From Psychrosphaera sp. (lineage in GTDB: Bacteria > Pseudomonadota > Gammaproteobacteria > Enterobacterales > Alteromonadaceae): a stretch of DNA of 64,000 nt. Below, piece by piece: positions 9,296-17,340 of the stretch. The position numbers were made by a program, and so were the translations under genes. Within the stretch, counting starts at the first letter, position 1. Each line of letters opens with the position of its first letter. The stretch lies in NCBI GenBank assembly GCA_965221615.1, contig OZ244904.1:959489-1023488 (forward strand), written 5' to 3'. The notes under the pieces are model-generated. The model was given only the letters and a program-made list of their open reading frames with translations, did no database searches and had not been told where the DNA came from.

Positions 9296-9784
9296 ATGAA
9301 TATAACGAAAAAAGTAGAAATTAATCGCAATGCGGACGATGTGTGGCATGAAGTGGCAAGAAGATTTGATAAGGCACATGAGTGGATGGGGTTTGTGGAG
9401 CACTCATATAAGGTTGAAGAAGGAGATGTTATTGAAGGAGCTCCTATGGTGGGAAGAGTGTGTGAGTTCACTAAAGACCCTAATGGTTTAAAGGCTGAAG
9501 AAAGGATACTTAACTTTTCTGAGCAAGATAAAAGATTCGATTTCGATGTTATACCAAAGAATGCACCTGTCGTGTTTCCAGTGAAAAAGAATGTTGTCAC
9601 TATGACTGTGAGTGCACTGTCTTCGGTGCGAAGTGAAGTGGTTTGGCACTCTAATATTGAGCTTTCGACAATAGGCTATTTAGTTTATCCAATCTTAAAA
9701 AGAGGATTGTCTAAGAACTTTGCTGGGGTTATGGCTGATCTAAAAATACATATGGAAAGCAATCAAAATAGCTTAGCTGCTTAA
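9296..9784 (+). CDS. SRPBCC (START/polyketide-cyclase-like) family protein
   Basis: The ORF-track entry 9260-9784 exists, but I prefer ATG 9296, which lies after GGAGAG. The N-terminus MNITKKVEINRNADDVWHEVARRFDKAHEWMG is typical of SRPBCC ligand-binding proteins. Confidence 0.6.
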   Translation: MNITKKVEINRNADDVWHEVARRFDKAHEWMGFVEHSYKVEEGDVIEGAPMVGRVCEFTKDPNGLKAEERILNFSEQDKRFDFDVIPKNAPVVFPVKKNVVTMTVSALSSVRSEVVWHSNIELSTIGYLVYPILKRGLSKNFAGVMADLKIHMESNQNSLAA

Positions 9785-9815
9785 CAATGACTTACCAAAT
9801 TACTTGAGGTGTAAC

Positions 9816-10217
9816 ATGACGCGTATTGCTCAATTTATTTCAATTTTATTCGCTCTGGTTTTTGTAACGGCAGCCATAGCAATTATTTTCTTTCCCCAAG
9901 CCATGGGAGTGGCTAGTGGTTTCAATCCTACAACCGATTACGGACTTACTAATATTCGTACTTTAGGGGCTCCTTTGTTAATGATGGCTATTGTTACTGG
10001 TTATGGTGCATACAGGAAGAAGTGGATGTTACTGTTACCTGCAACTATGTACTTTTTATTCAATGGTTTAACTAGAGTTTTGTCTCTATTCAATGAACAA
10101 TATGATCAAGTGATGCTGCGTGGTCTCGTGTTCACTTTTACTCTCTTTGCCATAGCGTTATGGGTGATAAAACAATTTCGAAAGAATGATCATCTACCAA
10201 AGCAATTATCTGCTTAA
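9816..10217 (+). CDS. small 4-TM membrane protein (DUF4345-like by memory)
   Basis: ATG 9816 follows GAGG. The roughly 133-aa product has four hydrophobic helices. It lies immediately downstream of the SRPBCC gene. Confidence 0.55.
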   Translation: MTRIAQFISILFALVFVTAAIAIIFFPQAMGVASGFNPTTDYGLTNIRTLGAPLLMMAIVTGYGAYRKKWMLLLPATMYFLFNGLTRVLSLFNEQYDQVMLRGLVFTFTLFAIALWVIKQFRKNDHLPKQLSA

Positions 10218-10276
10218 AGTTTATTGGTATTTTAATGCTGTCGAAGTTGCAGAATGAAACTACATTTCTGCAACTT

Positions 10277-10714
10277 TTACTTATTCATCTTTTGCATGTT
10301 CGCAGTGAGCATATCGGAGACTTTAAAGAAAGTTGTTAAATCTTGCTCTGATATACCTTCTATTAGTTGTTGTGAAAAAGTCGCTTCGATAGCTTCTATT
10401 GCTGTGAAAAAATCGTTTCCTTTTTGTGTTAACTGTAAAATCTTACTGCGTCTATCTGTTGGATGAGGAGCTCTATTTATAAGTTCCATGGCACATAGTT
10501 CATCTACTATCCGTTTAACCTGACTCTTGTCTTTTTTTAAAGCAACAGCGATATCTTGTGAGGTTGTACTTTCAGAGCTCCAAATTTGTCGCATTGCTCT
10601 AATTTGTAATGGCGCTGGTTTTACTTCCAATTTACCAATGTGCGGTGCGATTTGTTGTGTTAAGTCATAACTTAACCTGAATGCAACTTCATGGATTGTA
10701 CGCTTTTTAGTCAT
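10277..10714 (-). CDS. MarR family transcriptional regulator
   Basis: The 145-aa ORF has a winged-HTH core: TSQDIAVALKKDKSQVKRIVDELCAMELINRAPHPTDRRSKILQLTQKG. Confidence 0.85.
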   Translation of the reverse strand: MTKKRTIHEVAFRLSYDLTQQIAPHIGKLEVKPAPLQIRAMRQIWSSESTTSQDIAVALKKDKSQVKRIVDELCAMELINRAPHPTDRRSKILQLTQKGNDFFTAIEAIEATFSQQLIEGISEQDLTTFFKVSDMLTANMQKMNK

Positions 10715-10802
10715 AGTAACAGTATGTTTTATTTAGGAAATACACTCAAACTATAGCATGTGTGACGAATGATATCTTAACTAGCTGACTAAAGATTTTA
10801 TT

Positions 10803-10847
10803 GAGACACCCATAACAAAATTAAGCAAAATTAAAGTGGGTGTCTCT
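10803..10847. repeat. GAGACACCC/GGGTGTCTC hairpin element, copy 3
   Basis: The arms gagacaccca (10803-10812) and tgggtgtctc (10838-10847) form a perfect 10-bp stem with a 25-nt loop. The element lies between the MarR gene and the 105-aa gene, both on the minus strand. Confidence 0.65.
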
Positions 10848-10872
10848 GTAACTCTGTAGATGGAAACTGGAG

Positions 10873-10925
10873 TATCTCTGTAACTAAAACGGATGTATCT
10901 CTGTAACTAAAACGGATGTATCTGG
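10873..10925. repeat. 23-bp tandem repeat, about 2.3 copies (TATCTCTGTAACTAAAACGGATG)
   Basis: Two identical units lie at 10873-10895 and 10896-10918, with a partial third unit. Related TGTCTCTGTAACT copies lie at 10841-10853 and 8988-9000. Confidence 0.85.
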
Positions 10926-10950
10926 ACTTATTCAACGCGAGAGGCTTGGT

Positions 10951-11268
10951 TCAAAGCATTTTGCAAGTACCTTGAAATTCATTTGTTGCAATAATGCCAA
11001 TTGAGGTTAAAACCTCAAATGCGTCTTGGATTTGTGATTTTTTGGCAAGAATTTGATGACTATGCTGAAAGTCAAAAAAATAGGCAATTTTAGAGTTGTT
11101 AAAAGCCTGACTTATTTTTACAGCGTCAACTTCTCGAAAATCATTGATTACCGCGCAATACTCAGTCTTCGCGGAAACAAACTGGACAAAACTTAAAACA
11201 AATATTGCGAGCAGCCCTATACCAGCATATTTCCAAATTAAAAATGATTTGAACATGATTTTTATCAA
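10951..11268 (-). CDS. hypothetical membrane-anchored or secreted small protein
   Basis: The 105-aa ORF has an N-terminal hydrophobic segment (YAGIGLLAIFVLSFVQFVSA). I recognised no family. Confidence 0.45.
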   Translation of the reverse strand: MIKIMFKSFLIWKYAGIGLLAIFVLSFVQFVSAKTEYCAVINDFREVDAVKISQAFNNSKIAYFFDFQHSHQILAKKSQIQDAFEVLTSIGIIATNEFQGTCKML

Positions 11269-11375
11269 TAACTATTTATTTGATGTTACAAGTGGGGTGT
11301 TTCCAGCAATAAATATGCCGAGGTGGGATAAAGAAGTATAGCGAGTGCTTAAAGCTTAAAATTCCTCTTTAAATA

Positions 11376-11410
11376 AAGGGAAGCTGCGCTTGGTTGAACT
11401 TGCTTCCCTT
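11376..11410 (-). terminator. intrinsic terminator of the 418-aa MBL gene
   Basis: The arms aagggaagc (11376-11384) and gcttccctt (11402-11410) form a perfect 9-bp stem. On the minus strand the stem is followed by tttatttaaa. Confidence 0.6.
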
Positions 11411-11429
11411 ACTTGGATGTAATTTAAAA

Positions 11430-12686
11430 CTATCTATAGCGATAGAATATTTCCCACTTTTTACGCCATAAAAATTGTGTAGTTCTTAACATTTGCGGTA
11501 AAGAACTCCACGAAATAAAACTAGTAGAAAGCATATTTTGGTAAAAGAAGAACTTTGGTCTTGGAGCAGGGGATTCGTTGTCTTTAAACATTCCAGATAT
11601 AGCCAAAGCGCCAGTTCCCCATTCAAAATTGAAAGTATACCAACACACTTGGCTGCACATACTAAATCTAGTGTTACTTTGCTCTGTTTCCTGCCATTGT
11701 CCATTCATAGGATCTATTGTGATGGCTTTATCTAGGTCGGTAATGTAGATCCCAAATGGCTGTATTCTGGCTCTGACAGGCTTTTTAATCCTCTTTTTGA
11801 AGATTCGTAGTCGTTCTTCAACTGCCTTAGTGATCTTATCAAACTCAACTTTTTCTGGGGTTTTATCTATTTTTATATTTGCAAAGTCTGCCATGTATTT
11901 TTCAATGGCTTGTGCAGATTGAAATTCTGGGTTATTGAGATCTATTTTGTCACCTGGGTACATGAAGTTAATTCCTTCAACATCAAGTGAGCCTATATCT
12001 CTAGGTGAATTTACCCAATCATTCATCCAACTGTTTTGTTCATTACAGAAGTAGACAAAACTTGCGAATGGCACAATATAATCAGGCTTAAATATTTCGG
12101 CTTGTAATCTTATATCCGCGATTTTTTTCTCTTTTGCACCAATATCGTCTTTCGTATTGCCAATCCAGTTAGCAAACGAAAACTGAGTAAATAGGTAGTC
12201 AACATTACCTAATTGTTTTGCAATGTATTTATATTGGTTAGTGTTTAATACACAGTCGTTTAGGTTCAGTACAGTTTTGCCATCTGAACGAATAGCTAGA
12301 AATGAGTCCATAGAACCTACAGAGCCACAGTACAAATCTATACCTTCAACTTGCGTCCATTTATACAATGGCAGCTCAATAACTTCGGCAAAGCCAAGTT
12401 TTTCAAAAGCATTCAACATTCTTTTTGAAGCGTGCTTTTGATAAAGGATCTTTATTCTTTGTCTATTTTCTAAACTAATTCCCTTTAATGTAGGGAAATG
12501 AAAATGGTCTGGGTGCTCGTGAGTAATAAAAATATAGTCAATTTCATCGTAGTTGACGTCTATGTTATTTGCTAAAAGGGCCCAACTGTCATTGAATGCT
12601 TTGCCGCTAGTCCAAGGATCAATAATGATCTTTTTTGACATTGCAGATACAAGAAACCCTGCGTGAGACACAAACTCTAAATTCAT
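11430..12686 (-). CDS. MBL-fold metallo-hydrolase with a long C-terminal extension
   Basis: The 418-aa ORF carries the HxHxDH motif as ITHEHPDHF near residue 55. The MBL core spans about 220 aa, and about 190 further residues belong to no family I recognise. Confidence 0.7.
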   Translation of the reverse strand: MNLEFVSHAGFLVSAMSKKIIIDPWTSGKAFNDSWALLANNIDVNYDEIDYIFITHEHPDHFHFPTLKGISLENRQRIKILYQKHASKRMLNAFEKLGFAEVIELPLYKWTQVEGIDLYCGSVGSMDSFLAIRSDGKTVLNLNDCVLNTNQYKYIAKQLGNVDYLFTQFSFANWIGNTKDDIGAKEKKIADIRLQAEIFKPDYIVPFASFVYFCNEQNSWMNDWVNSPRDIGSLDVEGINFMYPGDKIDLNNPEFQSAQAIEKYMADFANIKIDKTPEKVEFDKITKAVEERLRIFKKRIKKPVRARIQPFGIYITDLDKAITIDPMNGQWQETEQSNTRFSMCSQVCWYTFNFEWGTGALAISGMFKDNESPAPRPKFFFYQNMLSTSFISWSSLPQMLRTTQFLWRKKWEIFYRYR

Positions 12687-12842
12687 AATTTATCCTGATT
12701 ATTGGGTGACAACTAGAATGGTTGAAAGCCGGCATTATACCGAACTAGCGTTACTATAACTAACTCTAATATCTTTGTTAAATTTCAAATAAATCAAAAG
12801 GTTATCATTTTGCTTGGGTTGGAGCAATATATTGGATAAAGG

Positions 12843-13127
12843 TTAACCTTGCCAACTCTGCGGAAATTTACCCCGCAACACATAACTAAAAGCAATTAAC
12901 TCTGCAATAACGACGTACATGTTTGGCGGAATTGCAGTGCCAACTTCTATGGACTCCAGGTAATTAAATAGAGCTTCATCCTTATGAATTAAAATACCGG
13001 ACTCTTTTGCTTTTTCTACAATTAAGTCTGCTAATTGATTGTAGCCTTTTGATACCATTTCTGGAGCATTTTTACCGTCGTAATACAAAGACAGAGCACC
13101 GTTATCCTTAGTTTTGTTAACGCTCAT
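12843..13127 (-). CDS. FlhB C-terminal-domain-like protein (EscU/YscU/HrcU-type export switch domain, stand-alone, YlqH-like)
   Basis: The 94-aa ORF reads LSLYYDGKNAPEMVSKGYNQLADLIVEKAKESGILIHKDEALFNYL...VGTAIPPNMYVVIAELIAFSY. This matches the soluble FlhB/YscU C-domain pattern (A..Y......AP.V.AKG....A..I...A...G.P......LA..L......IP...Y..VA.....V). It has no TM region and no NPTH site. Confidence 0.8.
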   Translation of the reverse strand: MSVNKTKDNGALSLYYDGKNAPEMVSKGYNQLADLIVEKAKESGILIHKDEALFNYLESIEVGTAIPPNMYVVIAELIAFSYVLRGKFPQSWQG

Positions 13128-13155
13128 AGTTTTTATCCATCATAGTGTTTTTCCA

Positions 13156-14046
13156 TCAAACCTTGATATTGATTAAACCGGGTAGTTTATCTTTAGATGA
13201 GTTATCGTCTAATCGCGTTTTTTGTTTTATTTGATTAGACATTTCAAATCCCAAGCTTGTTAATCTGCTTTCCAATTGTGGCCAAAGCCTTTCAACTTTT
13301 CTTTGCAGTAATGCAGAGTTACAGATACAAACTGTGGATAATTCGAAGTCTTTTAATTCGACTTGCACCTCCAACTTACCTAAGTCAGATAAATCAAATT
13401 GCAACCGGAATCTTAATTTATCATCCTGACTAATGCCTTGCTCTGCGGATTGCTCTTGTACTAGCAAGCTAGCATTATCCTCCGCTGGTATTGGTAGCAT
13501 GAATTGTAAAAGCTGTTCTAATTGTTCTTTAGCTTGTTGTGTAGCTGAGGTGGGAAGTTTCAATTCAACAATAGGCTCGCCTTGTAAGAAGTTTAATTGC
13601 AATAACATTTGTTTCAAAGAAGCAGTCATTAACTGATTTTGTAGTTTATCTGTGGATATTCCAATGTTTTCAGCAATAAAGTTAGCTAATGCATTTGGTA
13701 ACTTGCCACTTAAATTCTTATCTGATTTTAGCCATTGTTGTGCAATTGATACTAAATTTGTTGGTAAATTCAGTGATGAAGTTATATTTTGTGACTGCAA
13801 AAATATTAATGCGGTTTGCTGGGATAAAATCTGCATTAAAGGTTGCTGGGCAAGTTGCTGAGCTTGTGCCATCGTGAGTTGCTGCGTAACGGGAGAAGAA
13901 GTTCCTTGTAATTGAAATACACCTTGTAAGTTGTTAGCAATGTTGACGCTAGCTTTGCCGCTGGTGGCTTTAGTTGCGCTCAATTCAGAGGTGTTTGTTG
14001 TACTAGATATTTGCTGGCTTTGGTTAAGACCACTCAATTGACTCAT
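13156..14046 (-). CDS. FliK-like hook-length-control-domain protein (Gln-rich)
   Basis: The 296-aa ORF has a Q/S/T-rich N-terminal half. The C-terminal block LRFRLQFDLSDLGKLEVQVELKDFELSTVCICNSALLQRKVERLWPQLESRLTSLG resembles the FliK C-terminal (Flg_hook) domain. Confidence 0.65.
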   Translation of the reverse strand: MSQLSGLNQSQQISSTTNTSELSATKATSGKASVNIANNLQGVFQLQGTSSPVTQQLTMAQAQQLAQQPLMQILSQQTALIFLQSQNITSSLNLPTNLVSIAQQWLKSDKNLSGKLPNALANFIAENIGISTDKLQNQLMTASLKQMLLQLNFLQGEPIVELKLPTSATQQAKEQLEQLLQFMLPIPAEDNASLLVQEQSAEQGISQDDKLRFRLQFDLSDLGKLEVQVELKDFELSTVCICNSALLQRKVERLWPQLESRLTSLGFEMSNQIKQKTRLDDNSSKDKLPGLINIKV

Positions 14047-14243
14047 TTGCTGCTCGACTGCGGAAGAATATAGAAAAAAACCTTGTAAGATTTAATGCCA
14101 AGCTTAATCAGAGACAGGACAATTTTCAAACTGTAAACAAATTTAAACTGTTTAATCAGTCAATTGAACTCTAAACCATTGTTTATATAGCCTAACTCTG
14201 ATTATATTCGTCGGTTACCATTTTGAATAACTATGGGAAGAAT

Positions 14244-16403
14244 ATGAATAACAAGGTTAAATTAGCGGTTGCATTAGCATTAGCTGGTGCACTAACGGCA
14301 TGTGGCAAAGCTTCAAATGAAGCTCAAGTAGAAACTGTAGCAGAAGTAAAAGAACAAAACACAGTATTAGCAAAGTGGACTGGCCCGTTTGAAGGCGTAC
14401 CAGCTTTTGATACGGTTAAATTAGCAGATCTAAAACCAGCAATGGAAATTGCAATGGAACGTCAATTAGCTGAAATTGATGCCATAGTTAACAACCCAGA
14501 AAAAGCAACATTTGACAACACCATTGTTGCGCTTGAAGCGGCAGGCTCTGATTTAGACCGCATCTACGCATACTACGGTATTTGGCGTTCAAATAAATCT
14601 TCTCCAGAAGTAAGAGAAGTATCTCGCGAATTAGCGCCTATGCTTTCTCAGTTTTTCTCTAAAATTAGCCAAAATGAAGGCTTGTTTAAGCGTATTAAAA
14701 CGGTTTATGACAGTGCAGAGATGAAAACGCTTCGCAAAGACCAACAGCGTTTAGTAGAGAATGAGTATTTAGGCTTTGTTCGTGGTGGTGCACTACTATC
14801 TGGTGAAGATAAAAAGCGTTTTGCAGACATTCAGTTAAAACTATCTGAACTACACACTAAGTTCGGCAATAACGTATTAGCGGACGAAGAAAACTATGTA
14901 ACTTACCTGACTAAAGATCAGCTAGGTGGTTTACCAGAGTCTATTGTTAACGCAGCAGCTGCAGCAGCAAAAGCACTTGGTAAAGAGGGCAGTTGGGCTA
15001 TCACTAACACTCGTTCTTCTATGGACCCATTCTTAACTTACTCAGATAACCGTGAGCTACGCGAAAAGGTTTGGAATACTTACTACAGCCGCGGCGACAA
15101 TGGTGACGAGTTTGACAATAATGCAATCATTGCTGAGATCTTAAAATTACGTCATGAACGTGTTCAATTACTAGGTTATGAAAACTATGCGCAATGGCGT
15201 TTAGAAGATCGTATGGCAAAGACACCTGAGAATGCATTCAATCTAATGAATAAAGTTTGGCCAGCGGCAATTGCTCGAGTGAAAGAAGAAGTAGCAGATA
15301 TGCAAGAAATCGCTGACAAAGAAGGTGCAAACATTAAGATTGCTCCTTGGGATTACCGCTATTATGCAGAGAAAGTTCGCAAAGCTAAATATGACTTAAA
15401 TTCTGATGAAGTTAAGCAATACTTGCAAGTTGATAACCTAGTTCCAGCTATGTTCTACGTTGGTGGTGAGTTATTTGATTTTGAATTCACGCCAGTAAAA
15501 GAAGGTTCAGTTCCTGTATTCCACGACGATGTAAAAGTGTGGGAAGTAACGATGAAGTCATCGGGTGAACACGTTGGTTTATTCTATCTAGACCCATATG
15601 CTCGTAAAGGTAAGCGTTCAGGTGCTTGGGCAACAACTTATCGTAGCCATACAACATTCCAAGGTAAGAAGAATGTATTAGCATCTAACAACTCTAACTT
15701 TGTTAAAGGTGCAGATGGTAAGCCAAGTTTAATTTCTTGGGATGATGCTGAAACTTTATTCCACGAGTTTGGCCACGCATTACATTTCTTAGCATCTAAT
15801 GTTGAGTATCCTTCGCAAAATAGCGGCGTTCGTGACTACACTGAATTCCAATCTCAGTTGTTGGAGCGTTGGTTAACGACTGATGATGTGATCGATAAGT
15901 ACTTAGTTCATGCTGAAACTGGTAAGCCAATTCCTAAAGAATTAGTTGCTAAGATCAAAGAAGCTGCAACTTTTAACGAAGGTTTTAAAACGACGGAATA
16001 TTTAGCATCAGCTATGATCGATTTAAAACTTCACACGGTTGACCCAGAAGGTATTGACCCTGACAAGTTTGAAAGAGAAACGTTGGCAGCTATGAATATG
16101 CCAGAAGAAATCGTAATGCGTCACCGTACGCCGCACTTTGGTCACATTTTCTCTGGTGAAGGTTATTCAGCAGGTTACTACGGATATCTATGGGCAGAAG
16201 TATTAACTTCTGACGCTTCAGAAGCATTTGAAGAAGCTCCAGGTGGCTACTATGACAAAGATATGGCTAAGAAGTTAGTTGATCACTTATTTGCTGTACG
16301 CAACGCTGTAGAGCCTGCGGAAGCTTATCGTTTATTCAGAGGTCGTGATGCTAAGGTTGAAGCATTAATGCGTGACCGTGGTTTCCCAATCCCACAAAAA
16401 TAA
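14244..16403 (+). CDS. dcp: peptidyl-dipeptidase Dcp (M3 zinc metallopeptidase), lipoprotein form
   Basis: The ORF track starts at TTG 14223, but I prefer ATG 14244, which follows GGGAAG. The lipobox is LTAC. The motif HEFGHALH is the M3 HExxH site. The size and pattern are those of the Dcp/oligopeptidase A family. Confidence 0.9.
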   Translation: MNNKVKLAVALALAGALTACGKASNEAQVETVAEVKEQNTVLAKWTGPFEGVPAFDTVKLADLKPAMEIAMERQLAEIDAIVNNPEKATFDNTIVALEAAGSDLDRIYAYYGIWRSNKSSPEVREVSRELAPMLSQFFSKISQNEGLFKRIKTVYDSAEMKTLRKDQQRLVENEYLGFVRGGALLSGEDKKRFADIQLKLSELHTKFGNNVLADEENYVTYLTKDQLGGLPESIVNAAAAAAKALGKEGSWAITNTRSSMDPFLTYSDNRELREKVWNTYYSRGDNGDEFDNNAIIAEILKLRHERVQLLGYENYAQWRLEDRMAKTPENAFNLMNKVWPAAIARVKEEVADMQEIADKEGANIKIAPWDYRYYAEKVRKAKYDLNSDEVKQYLQVDNLVPAMFYVGGELFDFEFTPVKEGSVPVFHDDVKVWEVTMKSSGEHVGLFYLDPYARKGKRSGAWATTYRSHTTFQGKKNVLASNNSNFVKGADGKPSLISWDDAETLFHEFGHALHFLASNVEYPSQNSGVRDYTEFQSQLLERWLTTDDVIDKYLVHAETGKPIPKELVAKIKEAATFNEGFKTTEYLASAMIDLKLHTVDPEGIDPDKFERETLAAMNMPEEIVMRHRTPHFGHIFSGEGYSAGYYGYLWAEVLTSDASEAFEEAPGGYYDKDMAKKLVDHLFAVRNAVEPAEAYRLFRGRDAKVEALMRDRGFPIPQK

Positions 16404-16420
16404 ACAAAACACTTAATTAA

Positions 16421-16446
16421 AAGGCTCCAAATTGGAGCCTTTTTTC
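16421..16446 (+). terminator. intrinsic terminator of dcp
   Basis: The sequence aaggctccaaattggagcctt is followed by ttttt. Confidence 0.85.
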
Positions 16447-16503
16447 TTTTCAGCGTCTCATTTATTTTTATAATGTTAAAGAAACGATTAAATAGGGAAT
16501 GTT

Positions 16504-17223
16504 ATGCAACAAAGTAATAAATCTACCGCGCTTATTTTAGGCGTTTTTATATTCTTAGGACTATCCGCTTTAGGTATGTTACTGGGAAAAGCGGCAATTG
16601 ATTACAAACAATTAGACCGCAGTGTGACGGTCAAAGGCTTATCTGAGAAAGAGTATCAAGCTGATATTGTGATTTGGCCGATTTCATTTACTCAAGCGAG
16701 CAAAGAATTATCATCACTGTACTCAGAAATAGAACACAATAGCAATTTAATTAGAGACTTCTTGTTAAAGAATGGCGTCGCTCAGGAAGAGATCACGTTT
16801 TCAACTCCAGCTATTACCGATAAGTTAGCACAGCAGTATGGTGATAACTCTGGTGCTAAGTTTAGATATACCGCATCGCAGACAGTAACTGTCTACTCCA
16901 GCAATATTTCTGCAGTTCGTGAAGTGATGAGCCGTTTATCTGAGCTAGGCAAACAAGGAATTGTATTTTCGGGATCGAGTTATGATTCTCGCACTGAATA
17001 TATTTTTACTCGCTTAAATGAAATTAAGCCATTGATGATTGAAGAAGCAACAAGAAAGGCGAGGGAAGTTGCGCAAAAGTTTGCCACTGACTCAAACAGT
17101 CAATTAGGTAAAATAAAACGTGCTTCTCAAGGCCGTTTTAGTATTAACGACAGAGATAACAATAACCCTCACATCAAAAAGATACGAGTTGTATCTACTG
17201 TTGAATATTACTTGTCAGATTAA
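16504..17223 (+). CDS. SIMPL (DUF541) domain periplasmic protein
   Basis: The 239-aa ORF has an N-terminal TM/signal anchor. The repeated beta-alpha pattern and the C-terminal KIRVVSTVEYYL are typical of the 26-kDa periplasmic immunogenic protein family. Confidence 0.75.
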   Translation: MQQSNKSTALILGVFIFLGLSALGMLLGKAAIDYKQLDRSVTVKGLSEKEYQADIVIWPISFTQASKELSSLYSEIEHNSNLIRDFLLKNGVAQEEITFSTPAITDKLAQQYGDNSGAKFRYTASQTVTVYSSNISAVREVMSRLSELGKQGIVFSGSSYDSRTEYIFTRLNEIKPLMIEEATRKAREVAQKFATDSNSQLGKIKRASQGRFSINDRDNNNPHIKKIRVVSTVEYYLSD

Positions 17224-17340
17224 TTCATATTTACGCTGCTCGGAGTGTTTACACTGAAGCTCTGAGCTTATGCTTCTTTAATTTTTTATAAAGTTTAGAA
17301 GTAGAGATTTATAAAACATAACGTTATAAGGAAAGAACAA

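Noticed and set aside
9244-9600. A 118-aa minus-strand ORF overlapping the SRPBCC gene. The long ORF-track start of that gene at 9260 was also considered.
   Set aside because: The antisense ORF has no family resemblance. For the sense gene, the ATG at 9296 with a GGAGAG RBS gives a typical SRPBCC N-terminus, so the 12 extra codons from 9260 are unlikely.
6600-12700. The accessory-looking stretch as a genomic island, prophage remnant or defence island.
   Set aside because: It contains no integrase, transposase, tRNA attachment site, flanking direct repeats or recognisable defence or phage gene. Only the hairpin-repeat family and the uncharacterised genes set it apart, so I do not call it a mobile element.
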